From Actinomycetes bacterium (GTDB lineage: Bacteria > Actinomycetota > JAHEXW01): a stretch of DNA of 64,000 nt. Below the pieces are notes generated by a model. It was given only the letters and a program-made list of their open reading frames with translations, was not told where the DNA came from and searched no databases. Shown piece after piece: positions 10,445 to 19,914 of the stretch (the stretch's first letter is position 1; each line of letters begins with the position of its first letter). Position numbers and translations under genes: made by a program. Location: positions 7,549 to 71,548 of the forward strand of contig JAHEXW010000005.1 in the NCBI GenBank assembly GCA_023251915.1, given 5' to 3'.

Positions 10445-11351
10445 AACGTTCCACCCTGGGCTCGAAGCCGAGCTCCTTGAGGACTCGCAGATAGTCATCC
10501 GGAGTAATGGAATCGGCGTCTTTATCGAGTAGAGCGACGCAAGTCGCCTCCATGACATTCGTGCCAAAGGACCGCCCGTCAAACTCCGGAGTCGTCGTCA
10601 CCAGCAACATGACGCCGCGTGACTTCATGTCCTCGACATCCGAGGCGGTAACCGTATTGGTAATTATCACCTTGCCGGTCATGTCAGCCGGCATGTACTT
10701 CTTGATAAACAGGTAATCGCCCGCGATAATGTCGGCTTCCCGGAAGTACTTACCGTATTTGTCAACCGATTTCTTGTCCTGCTCCGACCCCGTCGGATAG
10801 AGGATTTTGAACGGCAGCTTGGTAGCAATGGGTAACAGGATGCGAGCAATCATGGAGAATTTCTTCATGCTGCGGATGGCCACCGGGATACCGAGCCCGA
10901 AAATCAGATCGCCGAAAACCATCTGACATCCTGCCCCGTTCAGGGCATCCGCCATGCCGAACCGGTCGACGGCCGAAACCATCAAGACTTTCTTATCAAC
11001 AAAATCGATTTCTTTTTCGTCCCTAAGAAACTCAATGGTCTTGCGCTCCAACGTGTTCTTGAGTCCCGAGCCGTCCACCATGTCGCTGATTTTCGCGGCC
11101 TTCTTAAACTTCTTGGCCTCGCGTATCTTGTACCGCTTTCCGCCGGGGGCGAACAGGTAGAGATCTATGCCGCCCAAACCGAACGCGTCGATATTGCCGT
11201 CCAAATCCTTAATCATTTGCTTAGCTTTCTTCACGTCGCCGTCTGTGCCAACCCGTCTGATCTTAAAACTCTGACCCAGCAGCTCCACGTCAACCTCGTG
11301 GTCCCGCGTGGACGACCCGATACTGACGCTGACAACTTCTTTCTGTGCCAC
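10431..11351 (-). CDS. Uncharacterised conserved protein (so-called quinate 5-dehydrogenase family), paralog 2
   Basis: VVSVSIGSS-RDH, GTDGD, FGLGGID, DGSGLKNTLE, SAVDRFGM and GRSFGTNVMEA motifs. Confidence 0.75.
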   Translation of the reverse strand: MAQKEVVSVSIGSSTRDHEVDVELLGQSFKIRRVGTDGDVKKAKQMIKDLDGNIDAFGLGGIDLYLFAPGGKRYKIREAKKFKKAAKISDMVDGSGLKNTLERKTIEFLRDEKEIDFVDKKVLMVSAVDRFGMADALNGAGCQMVFGDLIFGLGIPVAIRSMKKFSMIARILLPIATKLPFKILYPTGSEQDKKSVDKYGKYFREADIIAGDYLFIKKYMPADMTGKVIITNTVTASDVEDMKSRGVMLLVTTTPEFDGRSFGTNVMEATCVALLDKDADSITPDDYLRVLKELGFEPRVERFAEA

Positions 11352-11374
11352 TCTTACTCACACCCTCTTCTGGT

Positions 11375-12301
11375 TTAGTTAGCCTTCTGGCCGGCCAATC
11401 GCTCCAGCCTAGGCTTAAATCCGAGCCTCTGTAATATATCGTAGTAATCGCGCGGCGTGACCTGGTCAGCCGGCTTATCCAGTAAGGCAACGCAGGTCGC
11501 CTCCATAACGTTTGTTCCAAACGAGCGGCCGTTGAATTCGGGTGTCGTGGTCACCAAAAGGGACACACCGCGTTGTTTCATGTCAGTCACGTCGGACGCG
11601 GTGACCGTATTAGTTATTACTACTTTCCCGCGCATCCCCATGGGCATATATTTCTTTATGTACAGATAATCGCCCGCGATGATATCGGCCTCGCGAAAGT
11701 ACTTGTCGTATTTCCCCGCGCTGATTTTTTCCTGCTTTTCGCCCGTTGGATAAAGGACCTGAAATGGCAGCTTGGTCGCGACTGGCAAGAACACTCTTGC
11801 CAACGCCCTGAACTGGCGCATACTGCGAACCGCGAGCGGCACTCCCAGACCGAATATCAGGTCACCGAACACCATTTCGCAACCGGCATCTGCCAAAGCT
11901 TCCGCCATTCCGAAGCGATCAACAGCCGATATCATCAGGCATTTCTTCCCGGCAAAATCGAACCCCTCGACGTCACTCAGGTAGGTGATCGTCGATCTTT
12001 CGAGCGTGTTCTTGAGGCCGGTGCCGTCCAGCATGGGTGATTTTGTTAATCTCTTGAATTGGTTGGCGGAACGGATGTTGCTGCGGCGGCCTCCCGGCCC
12101 GACCAGACAAAAACAAATGCCGCCCAGACCGAACGCCGCAACCTGGTCATCCAAATCCCGAAACATCTGCTTGGCTCGCTCGACATCGCCGTCCGTCCCG
12201 ACCCGGCGGATCTTGAAGCTCTGGCCTAACAGCTCAACGTCAACCTCGTGGTCCCGGCTCGACGAGCCAATGCTTACGCTGACCACTTCTTTTTGCGTCA
12301 C
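11375..12301 (-). CDS. Uncharacterised conserved protein (so-called quinate 5-dehydrogenase family), paralog 1
   Basis: Colinear paralog of 10431-11351. GTG start at 12301 chosen by alignment (VTQKEVVSVSIGSS vs MAQKEVVSVSIGSS) and an upstream GAGGTG RBS. Confidence 0.75.
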   Translation of the reverse strand: MTQKEVVSVSIGSSSRDHEVDVELLGQSFKIRRVGTDGDVERAKQMFRDLDDQVAAFGLGGICFCLVGPGGRRSNIRSANQFKRLTKSPMLDGTGLKNTLERSTITYLSDVEGFDFAGKKCLMISAVDRFGMAEALADAGCEMVFGDLIFGLGVPLAVRSMRQFRALARVFLPVATKLPFQVLYPTGEKQEKISAGKYDKYFREADIIAGDYLYIKKYMPMGMRGKVVITNTVTASDVTDMKQRGVSLLVTTTPEFNGRSFGTNVMEATCVALLDKPADQVTPRDYYDILQRLGFKPRLERLAGQKAN

Positions 12302-12812
12302 CCTTCTTCTCACCTCGTCTAACAGAACGATACGCCCGCCTGGTCCGCTTGCCCGCGAATTCTGCCAGCACTTCCTCAAGAACTTCTTCTTTGGCCGGCG
12401 CGATGCCGATTATCTTTTTGTCCAAGACCGTCTCCAGCAACCGGTGCTCGGTCGCCGGCCCGAGAAATATTATAAAGTCGATGTCCTTCAGAATCGTCAG
12501 AACGCCCAGCGCGTCCTCGATACGGGTCATGCCATCCGCATTGATAAAGACGTGCTCAAAACCTAGATCGCGCGCGACACCGTCAACCCGCTCGGAATCA
12601 ACCACACCTGATCCGATGAAGGCGATCTCTTTTGACTTGCGGACCTCCCCGATGCCCTCCAAGTGAGAGATAAAGGACCGCTCGATGCCGAGCATCTTGG
12701 CGACTTCGGCCTGCGTCGATCCCGTCGAACGCAGGTCGAAGATTCTATCAACCAGGGCGTTGGCGCGCTCCAGGCTTATGACTTTGTCTCCGATGGCGAA
12801 TTCTTTTTTCAC
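12240..12812 (-). CDS. XRE-type helix-turn-helix transcriptional regulator
   Basis: LRSTGSTQAEVAKMLGIERSFISHLE HTH; first gene of the four-gene operon. Confidence 0.75.
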   Translation of the reverse strand: MKKEFAIGDKVISLERANALVDRIFDLRSTGSTQAEVAKMLGIERSFISHLEGIGEVRKSKEIAFIGSGVVDSERVDGVARDLGFEHVFINADGMTRIEDALGVLTILKDIDFIIFLGPATEHRLLETVLDKKIIGIAPAKEEVLEEVLAEFAGKRTRRAYRSVRRGEKKGDAKRSGQRKHWLVEPGPRG

Positions 12813-12843
12813 GCGGGTTATACCTCAAGACTCAAGACGGATT

Positions 12844-12894
12844 TTGTGCACACATTTGTGAACAAGTATAGCGCCGAAAGCTAAGAGGGGTCAA
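12844..12894 (-). promoter_or_regulatory. Sigma70-type promoter with downstream palindromic operator
   Basis: Minus strand TTGACC (12894-12889), 18 nt, TATACT (12870-12865). Imperfect palindrome TTGTGCACA-CATT-TGTGAACAA at 12844-12865. Confidence 0.6.
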
Positions 12895-12896
12895 AC

Positions 12897-12935
12897 GGGA
12901 GGTTGCTTCGCTCACTAACGTTCGCTCGCAATGAC
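12897..12935. repeat. REP-like repeat (GGAGGTTGCTTCG...CGCAATGAC family), copy 1
   Basis: gggaggttgcttcgctcactaacgttcgctcgcaatgac; the first 38 bp are identical to 14551-14588. Confidence 0.85.
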
Positions 12936-12964
12936 GTGGAGCGTTTGTGATAGGTTTCCGTCCA

Positions 12965-13013
12965 GGGAGGTTGCTTCGTCGCTACGCTCCTCGCAATGAC
13001 GGAACGACGCGAC
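12965..13013. repeat. REP-like repeat, copy 2 (with GGAACGACGCGAC tail)
   Basis: gggaggttgcttcgtcgctacgctcctcgcaatgac-ggaacgacgcgac. Confidence 0.8.
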
Positions 13014-13276
13014 TAGTTGTTTCTCGTCCAAATCAGTCTGAGGCCTTCGCGCCGTGGCGTGGGGGAGGATAGACAATTCCACTGAAAGTTGTGGAATCAA
13101 GGTGGGGGTGCGTGTCCTAAGACGAAGAGGTTCAGCGGCGGAGTCGGGTGCTGCGAGCCGTGAGAGTCAAGAACCAAGAATGTTGAATAGTAAGACCTGA
13201 CCTCTTGGCCTGCGGCGTTTTGCAGGGAACTTGAGGCTTGCGCGCCCGAGTTTGAGGTGGCACATGTACGATTTGC

Positions 13277-14383
13277 TTAATCTAAACGCTTGGTCTTGAT
13301 CGCCTTGTATTTGTCGATCCAGGTGATGCTGTTATTGGCGGCGCAGTAGTCAAATGGATTTTTGCCTTGCAGGCTGCCGGATCGTAGCAACGCTTCCCTG
13401 CTCGCAACCCCTTCATTAACAGCAGATAACCTGTAGACTAACGACTGGGTTTCTCGCTCGTCGAGGTTAAAGATCAAGGACTTCTTTGACTGGTCGAGGA
13501 ATAACTTGTCAATGCTCACGATGTTTCCTGCATTAACGTGCGTCTCGTCGATTGCGACCGGCGGGCGGTCAAGGCTCCATAAGCCCCTTCTTGTTTTCCT
13601 TGATATGTCAAGAACGCTTACGTTTATAAAGCTAAGACCGTCCCTTTCGTAAACGTAATAGAGGTTATTGCCGTCCATCACTCCGGTTAAGAAAGATCCG
13701 CCAGATGACTCGACAAGGTTTGACGAAATGTTTGTTTTGGTGTCCAACGCAAACAGGCTACCTCCTGCGGCGGAGCTTCCGCGCACCGTGTAGATAAGAT
13801 ACCGTCCATCGTTTGACCATGTTAGCCCGTCCCCCTTGACAAGCTCGCTGCCTACCGAAGAACCCACACCTGCCGTGTTAATGACGGATGTTCCCTCGCT
13901 TGTGGTTGAGTACCAAATTGTCTTCTCGTCCTTCCAGCCGTACGCGAGGGAACGCTCGGGAATCCTAGACACGACCTTCCGCGTCTTAATGTCCATGACC
14001 TCCAGATACCCCGTATCCCATTCACCGAACGAAATCAGCTGCCCCCCGCGTGAAAAAAGCATATACTTGCCGCTCGGAGACACAACGATGTCATTTATGA
14101 GTTTTGCGCCTCTTTCTAGCAGTATCTTATCGCTCATGTCGGGTTTCTGAGAGTACAGGCGGCAATCGTATGACTTCTTAGTGTTTATGTAGAGTTCAAC
14201 CGTATAGATGTTTTTACCGCTCGGGGCCCAGCCTACGTTAAGATACTTTTCAAAGTGCGTGGCGTTTAACGATTTTTTCTGGGCCGCGGTTTCTTTTTCT
14301 TTAAAGGCACACCCCGCGATCAGCAACAAACTTAGCATAAGGACGGTGAGGAACAGTATCTTTGCTAGTCTTGCCAATCTCAT
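13277..14383 (-). CDS. Lipoprotein with TolB/PD40-like beta-propeller
   Basis: Lipobox IAGC; repeated WAPSGK / VSPSGK / WSNDGR blade motifs; visibly more AT-rich than its neighbours. Confidence 0.7.
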   Translation of the reverse strand: MRLARLAKILFLTVLMLSLLLIAGCAFKEKETAAQKKSLNATHFEKYLNVGWAPSGKNIYTVELYINTKKSYDCRLYSQKPDMSDKILLERGAKLINDIVVSPSGKYMLFSRGGQLISFGEWDTGYLEVMDIKTRKVVSRIPERSLAYGWKDEKTIWYSTTSEGTSVINTAGVGSSVGSELVKGDGLTWSNDGRYLIYTVRGSSAAGGSLFALDTKTNISSNLVESSGGSFLTGVMDGNNLYYVYERDGLSFINVSVLDISRKTRRGLWSLDRPPVAIDETHVNAGNIVSIDKLFLDQSKKSLIFNLDERETQSLVYRLSAVNEGVASREALLRSGSLQGKNPFDYCAANNSITWIDKYKAIKTKRLD

Positions 14384-14550
14384 AGCGTGGCTCCTTTCCG
14401 AGGATTTTATGACTCCCCGACCGTTTCCGAAAGCCGCAGACGACCCAGACTACCAACAATGCGGAGAAATCTTTTGCAGCCTCAGTCTATTCAACCAAAA
14501 AGTTATTGTCCACAAAGGATATACCGGATTGGTTTTGGGGCTGGGGTACG

Positions 14551-14588
14551 GGGAGGTTGCTTCGCTCACTAACGTTCGCTCGCAATGA
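14551..14588. repeat. REP-like repeat, copy 3
   Basis: 38-bp exact direct repeat of 12897-12934. Confidence 0.85.
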
Positions 14589-14607
14589 TGTAACGCGTTC
14601 TATGCGG

Positions 14608-15387
14608 CTACGCGGCGTTGTTGCGGTTCCAGACGAGCAGGAGGCCTTTCAGCGTTAACAGAGGGTCATGGATGAACTTCGTCCGGCAAGCGTCGAGGAT
14701 CGTTTCGGCCAAACCCCCGGTGGCGATGAGCTTTATGCCGGCCCCCGGTCCGCCGAGTTCGGCGGATATCCGATCGGTCAACGCGTCGACTTGTCCGGCG
14801 TAACCGAACACTATGCCGGACAATAGGCCGTCGGTGGTGTTTGTCCCGATGGCGCGCGCCGGCGTGACTATCTCAATCTCGCTGAGCCTGGCTGTTCGGC
14901 CGAACAAAGCGTCCAGCGAAATCTCCACGCCCGGGGCGATAGCGCCACCCATGTATTCCCCGGCGGCGGAAACGGCATCGAATGTAGTCGCGGTGCCAAA
15001 GTCCACAATCAGCGCCGGTCCGCCGTACTCTGCCATCGAAGCTGCGGCGTTAACGATACGATCGGCGCCGACCTCGGCGGGATTGTCTATCTTTACGGTG
15101 ACGCCGCAATCAGTCGAGGGTCCGACAATCAGCGGGTCCAGCTTTATAGTGTTGGCACACATTGTCGCGAGGGCTTGGGTGACTTCGGGCACAACGGAAC
15201 ATATGACCACACCATTAATCTCGCTCAGCCGGGATTCGTTTATTGTCAACAGTTCAGACAGGGCTAAAGCCCATTCGTCGCTCGTCTTGCGCGGATGCGT
15301 CGAGATGCGCCAGTGACGTTTCAGCATTTCCCCGGCAAAGACACCAATAACGGTTTGAGTGTTGCCTACATCAATGGCTAGCAGCAT
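14608..15387 (-). CDS. coaX: Type III pantothenate kinase
   Basis: MLLAIDVGNT, VGADR, VDFGTATT, GGAIAPG and ATGG motifs. Confidence 0.96.
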   Translation of the reverse strand: MLLAIDVGNTQTVIGVFAGEMLKRHWRISTHPRKTSDEWALALSELLTINESRLSEINGVVICSVVPEVTQALATMCANTIKLDPLIVGPSTDCGVTVKIDNPAEVGADRIVNAAASMAEYGGPALIVDFGTATTFDAVSAAGEYMGGAIAPGVEISLDALFGRTARLSEIEIVTPARAIGTNTTDGLLSGIVFGYAGQVDALTDRISAELGGPGAGIKLIATGGLAETILDACRTKFIHDPLLTLKGLLLVWNRNNAA

Positions 15388-15404
15388 CTTGTTCTACGCG
15401 TTCT

Positions 15405-16025
15405 TCAGGCTTTGGGAAGGACTGATCTGGCCATCAAGGCCGCAGCGGCCGCCTTGACGATGTCGCCGGCAATAAACGGAGCCGCGCCCAAAGCGAAAAC
15501 ACCGGCGAAAGAAACAGCCGCGCCTTTGATCACGCTCAGATAGATTGCCAACCATAGCAATCCCAACCCATATATCACAAGGAGATCGACCGTGAGCATC
15601 AGGGCGAACATGGGGCCGAACCGGCGAGCTGTCGGATACCGATCGCTGACGTACCCGATAATCATCGCCGCAACTATAAAGCCGGCCAGATAGCCGCCGG
15701 TAGGTCCGGTCAGAACTGCCGGGCCGCCGATACCGCCGTTGAACCACGGTATACCGGCCGCGCCCAGGCCGGCGTACATTATCATGCTGACGCCGCCAAA
15801 ATTGCGGCCCAGGAGTATGCCGGCCGCGAGAACCGCAAATGTCTGGCCCGTGATAGGCACCGGGCTGAAAGGCAGGGGAATCCGTATTTGCGCCGCTAGA
15901 CCGGTCATGGCGGCAAATGCGAGCGCTAGCCCGAGTTTTCCGGCCCACGACAGGGCGTCGCGTCTGGTAAAGACAGCGGTTCTGACCGCCGCGAAACGGG
16001 TGGCGTAGGCGTTAATATAGTCCAT
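15405..16025 (-). CDS. bioY: Biotin transporter BioY
   Basis: PFSPVPITGQT, GPTGGYLAGF and PFIAGDIVK motifs; adjacent to birA. Confidence 0.93.
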   Translation of the reverse strand: MDYINAYATRFAAVRTAVFTRRDALSWAGKLGLALAFAAMTGLAAQIRIPLPFSPVPITGQTFAVLAAGILLGRNFGGVSMIMYAGLGAAGIPWFNGGIGGPAVLTGPTGGYLAGFIVAAMIIGYVSDRYPTARRFGPMFALMLTVDLLVIYGLGLLWLAIYLSVIKGAAVSFAGVFALGAAPFIAGDIVKAAAAALMARSVLPKA

Positions 16026-16087
16026 ATATCCTCCTTGAAAACGTGTCTAGCGTGTTCGCCAATAGTAACAACAACCCTCGTTAACTG

Positions 16088-16837
16088 TCAATCAAACTGT
16101 AAGGTCAAGTCGCCGGCGTGGACGGTGTGTGCGGCACCGGCGGCGTCAACGATCGTCAGGCTTCCATCGCTGTTGATGTCGCGCGCCAAACCCGACACCG
16201 TGTTGCCGGCCGAATCGATAGTAACCCGCCTGCCGAGGGTTACCGATAGATCGCGCCAGCGGTTCAGAACCCCCGCGCGGCAGTTGGGCCAACCATAATA
16301 ATCTTCCTTAAAGGCCGCCAAGATCATCTCTAAAAGTTCGCTCAAATCTGTCTGCCGACCGGTCTCACCCAATACTGTAGCTGGAGGCAGACGCAGATCA
16401 TCTGGCATAACCGCCGGATCGATGTTCGCATTGACGCCCACCCCGACTAGAATATACTTGATCCCGTCACGGCCAGTTTTCATCTCCATCAAGATGCCGG
16501 CCAGCTTCCGACCGTCAACCAATATGTCGTTCGGCCATTTAATCCCGGCCTCCAGTTCGGTAACGGAACGCAACGCCTCCGTCACGGCAACTGCCGCCAG
16601 GAGGTTCAAGCCTGGCGCTTCCGCGGGCGAGATATTTGGGCGCAGGAGCAAGGAAAACCAAAGCCCTCCCGCGGGCGAAACCCAGGCCCGGTCAAGGCGG
16701 CCCCGCCCGTCCGTCTGGACGGTGGCCGTCACGACAGTGCCTTCCGGGGCTCTCTGTTGAGCGAGCTGCCTGGCCCTGTCTTGCGTAGAGCCTAGACTCT
16801 CGTAACGATCAATCTCCGGCCAATAGTTTGGCTTCAC
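16088..16837 (-). CDS. birA: Biotin--protein ligase (group I, no HTH domain)
   Basis: STQD, QTDGRGR, KWPND and KLAGIL motifs. Confidence 0.95.
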   Translation of the reverse strand: MKPNYWPEIDRYESLGSTQDRARQLAQQRAPEGTVVTATVQTDGRGRLDRAWVSPAGGLWFSLLLRPNISPAEAPGLNLLAAVAVTEALRSVTELEAGIKWPNDILVDGRKLAGILMEMKTGRDGIKYILVGVGVNANIDPAVMPDDLRLPPATVLGETGRQTDLSELLEMILAAFKEDYYGWPNCRAGVLNRWRDLSVTLGRRVTIDSAGNTVSGLARDINSDGSLTIVDAAGAAHTVHAGDLTLQFD

Positions 16838-17453
16838 GTTTCATGTCCCTTCGCCGCCTGACGTAGACAACACCGACGATACCGGCAACAAGAAGCGCTA
16901 GTGCGGCGAGTCCCATGTTCCGCAGAATCTTCTCAACCAGCTTCCAGTTTCCGCCTAAGAAGTATCCCAGTAGTGAGATAACAATCGACCATAGCGCGGC
17001 GCCGGCGACGTTGTAGGCGAAGAACTCTCTGTAGGGCATCTTCACCGAGCCGGCTGTTATCGCGCCCAGCGCGCGCAGGAACGCAGTGAACCGGGCGATA
17101 AATATTGTTTTACCCCCGTGCTGTTTGAAGTATTTCTCAACCGCCTGTAAGCGTTGCCTTTTTACAAAGAAGTATTTGCCATACTTGAGTAAGAAGCGCC
17201 GCCCGCCCCGCCGGCCGATATAGTAACCGATATTGTCGCCAATCACCGCGCCGGTGAAGGCAAGCACGACAATCCAATAGATGTTCAAGCTGTGTTGGGC
17301 CGCGTAGAAAGCCGCGATGATCAGAATAGTCTCGCCCGGAATTATTACGCCCAGCATCGCCGAATTTTCCAACATCACGCCCATAAAGACGAGCAGATAA
17401 CCGTAGTGCATGAAATACGGTTTTAGGATTTCGACGACTTTAGTAATGTCCAT
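16809..17453 (-). CDS. DedA family membrane protein
   Basis: PGET, GDNIGYYIGR and IARF...R...AG motifs. Confidence 0.92.
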   Translation of the reverse strand: MDITKVVEILKPYFMHYGYLLVFMGVMLENSAMLGVIIPGETILIIAAFYAAQHSLNIYWIVVLAFTGAVIGDNIGYYIGRRGGRRFLLKYGKYFFVKRQRLQAVEKYFKQHGGKTIFIARFTAFLRALGAITAGSVKMPYREFFAYNVAGAALWSIVISLLGYFLGGNWKLVEKILRNMGLAALALLVAGIVGVVYVRRRRDMKREAKLLAGD

Positions 17454-17456
17454 TGG

Positions 17457-18296
17457 CTAGCTGACGATAAGGCTGAAATCGAACGCCGGCGCCGATTGAG
17501 TGATGGAACCAACCGAGATGAAATCAGGCCCGGCGGCGGCCTTAGCGGCCAGGTTCTCGAGGGTAACTCCGCCAGACACCTCGACTTCCGCCTGTCCGTC
17601 AATTAACGCTACGGCTGCGGCTATTGTCCGCTCGTCCATGTTGTCAAGCATGATGATATCGGCGCCGACCAGCAGCGCCTCCTCAACCTGCTCAAGGGTC
17701 TCTGTTTCAACCTCAATAGGAAGCGGTTCCTCCAGATTTTCGCGCACTAGCTCAACAGCGCGAGTGATACTGCCGGCCACGGCGATGTGATTGTCTTTAA
17801 CCAGCACCGCATCGTACAAGCCAAACCTGTGATTCGTGCCTCCGCCGACCAAGACCGCGTATTTCTCTAGAGGGCGCAGGCCGGGTGTTGTCTTGCGTGT
17901 ATCTTTTATGGCGGCGCCATGTTGTGCCGCCATTTGGACGTACTCTCTTGTCAGAGTCGCTATGCCCGACAGGTGAGCAATGAAATTCAAAGCGACCCGT
18001 TCGCACGATAAGATGCTGAGGAGATTGCCGCTTAACCGCACAATAATCTGATCAGGTTCGACCTCGTCGCCATCGTCAACCCGGCTGTCGAAGACCGTAT
18101 CGGGGTCCAGAGCATGGAAAACCGCTTCCCCGACAAACAAGCCCGCGACTACCCCGGATTGCTTGGCGACGATTACCGCCTCTCCCAGCAGGTTCTCAGG
18201 CATGATCGTCTGGCTCGTGATGTCCCCGGCCAGTCCAAGGTCTTCCGTCAGCGCTTCCGCCACGATTCGTTTTAGATAATCTTCAGCTTGACCCAC
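17457..18296 (-). CDS. nadC: Nicotinate-nucleotide pyrophosphorylase (carboxylating)
   Basis: EDLG..GDITS, DTRKTTPGLR, HRFGLYD, KDNHI, MLDN and SGG motifs. GTG start at 18296 chosen from the RBS. Confidence 0.95.
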   Translation of the reverse strand: MGQAEDYLKRIVAEALTEDLGLAGDITSQTIMPENLLGEAVIVAKQSGVVAGLFVGEAVFHALDPDTVFDSRVDDGDEVEPDQIIVRLSGNLLSILSCERVALNFIAHLSGIATLTREYVQMAAQHGAAIKDTRKTTPGLRPLEKYAVLVGGGTNHRFGLYDAVLVKDNHIAVAGSITRAVELVRENLEEPLPIEVETETLEQVEEALLVGADIIMLDNMDERTIAAAVALIDGQAEVEVSGGVTLENLAAKAAAGPDFISVGSITQSAPAFDFSLIVS

Positions 18297-19894
18297 TCGT
18301 CTCCGCCCTCCTCGATTACGATATGCCGGCGCCATTTCTCGTCGTTTTCTTCCGGGAAGTCCTCCCGCCAATGCGACCCACGGCTTTCTTCGCGTGTCTT
18401 GGCCGCCATCGCGATAATATAACCTACGGTCAACATGTTCGACAACTCATAATCGTCCGCCCACGGACCACCTGGAAATGTATAGCCGGCTTTCGAGCGA
18501 ATGAAAGCAAGAAGCGCGGTCAAACTGGCCGCCGAGCGCATCACTCCGGCCAACTCTTGCATTCGGTCCTTGAGATCGGCCATTACGGCCCGGCCCTCCG
18601 TGTGTGTACCGCCGTCGTCTGAGGTGATTGACTTCAGCGGCGGCACGCTGCGGCCGGTGTGCTTTTCTATGTAGGCGCGCGCATTCGTCGCTGCCCGGCG
18701 GCTGAAGACCAGACCCTCCAAGAGAGAGTTGCTGGCTAATCGATTGGCGCCATGCACCCCGGTGCAGGCGACTTCACCGCACGCGTATAATCCGTCAATG
18801 CCGGTCCGGCCCTCTAGATCGACCTTAACGCCGCCGCTCATGTAATGGGCCGCCGGTGTGACTGGTATCAGATCCCGCGCCGGATCGATGCCGTTGGATA
18901 GCAACTCGTCGTTGATTGCGGGGAATCGTTCCGCGAAATATGCTCCGCCTAGGTGGCGGCAATCTAAATAGACGTGATCCGCACCGGTCGCGCGCATTAC
19001 CTCGAATTCTCCGCGGACGACAACGTCGCGCGGCGCCAGTTCGGCCATTGGATGCCGATCAACCATGAATCTGACGCCATTCTTGTCCACCAGATATGCG
19101 CCTTCGCCGCGCACCGCTTCGCTGATCAAAAACCGCGGCGACACCGGAGTATGCAGCGCTGTCGGGTGGAACTGAACGAATTCAATATCTGTCAACATTG
19201 CGCCCGCCCGGTAGGCCATGGCCAGTCCGTCGCCTGTCGAAATGGGCGGATTTGTCGTGACGGAATAGAGCTGGCCCATTCCGCCCGCGGCCAAAACGAC
19301 AACGGGGGCTAGAAACGCAGTCAACCTCCCGTTCAATACGGCCAAGACGCCGACGCTGCGTTTATCGTCGGTAATCACGTCAATCACGAAGACTCGCTCA
19401 AATATGGAGACACCGGACATACCACGGACTGTCGCGGCCAGGGTTGATTCGACTTCGCCGCCGGTCGTATCCTTGCTGTGAACGACGCGGGCACAAGAGT
19501 GTCCAGCTTCGCGCGTCAGACTCAGGCTGCCGCTCGGGCGGCAATCAAAAGCGGCCCCGATTTCTCGCAGCGTCGCAATTTCCGCCGGTCCCTCGGTGAC
19601 CAGGACGCGGACCGCCTCTTCGTCGCACAGGCCGCGGCCGGTTAAGATAGTGTCCTCAAAATGGCTTTCAGGACTGTCGCCCTCGCCCACAGCAGCCGCT
19701 ATACCGCCCTGGGCATAGCGCGTCGCGGTAAGGGACAGTTCCGATTTGGTCAAAACGGCAACTTTGGCTGTTTTTCCTAAATGATAGGCTGTGGAAATGC
19801 CGGCTACGCCGCTGCCGATAACGATGGCGTCAAAATCAAGTGAGGGCAGGTCGGTGAGGTCAAAATCGGTCAGATAACGGGGCGGTTTAATCAT
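18272..19894 (-). CDS. nadB: L-aspartate oxidase
   Basis: GSGVAG, YAQGGIA, QFHPT, SEAVRGEG, HYMSGG and HGANRLASNSL motifs. Confidence 0.96.
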   Translation of the reverse strand: MIKPPRYLTDFDLTDLPSLDFDAIVIGSGVAGISTAYHLGKTAKVAVLTKSELSLTATRYAQGGIAAAVGEGDSPESHFEDTILTGRGLCDEEAVRVLVTEGPAEIATLREIGAAFDCRPSGSLSLTREAGHSCARVVHSKDTTGGEVESTLAATVRGMSGVSIFERVFVIDVITDDKRSVGVLAVLNGRLTAFLAPVVVLAAGGMGQLYSVTTNPPISTGDGLAMAYRAGAMLTDIEFVQFHPTALHTPVSPRFLISEAVRGEGAYLVDKNGVRFMVDRHPMAELAPRDVVVRGEFEVMRATGADHVYLDCRHLGGAYFAERFPAINDELLSNGIDPARDLIPVTPAAHYMSGGVKVDLEGRTGIDGLYACGEVACTGVHGANRLASNSLLEGLVFSRRAATNARAYIEKHTGRSVPPLKSITSDDGGTHTEGRAVMADLKDRMQELAGVMRSAASLTALLAFIRSKAGYTFPGGPWADDYELSNMLTVGYIIAMAAKTREESRGSHWREDFPEENDEKWRRHIVIEEGGDEWVKLKII

Positions 19895-19914
19895 GAACCG
19901 AGTATATCACAGCC

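Noticed and set aside
10431-12301. Literal quinate/shikimate dehydrogenase function
   Set aside because: AroE/YdiB signature motifs are not visible; the family name is treated as an unverified label.
13014-13276. Unexplained ~260-bp non-coding stretch (possible ncRNA or riboswitch)
   Set aside because: I could not recognise a known RNA motif or convincing structure; there is only an isolated AAGACCTGACC motif.
16060-16100. BirA operator upstream of bioY (GTAAC...GTTAAC)
   Set aside because: Spacing does not fit the BirA consensus, and the local BirA lacks a DNA-binding domain.
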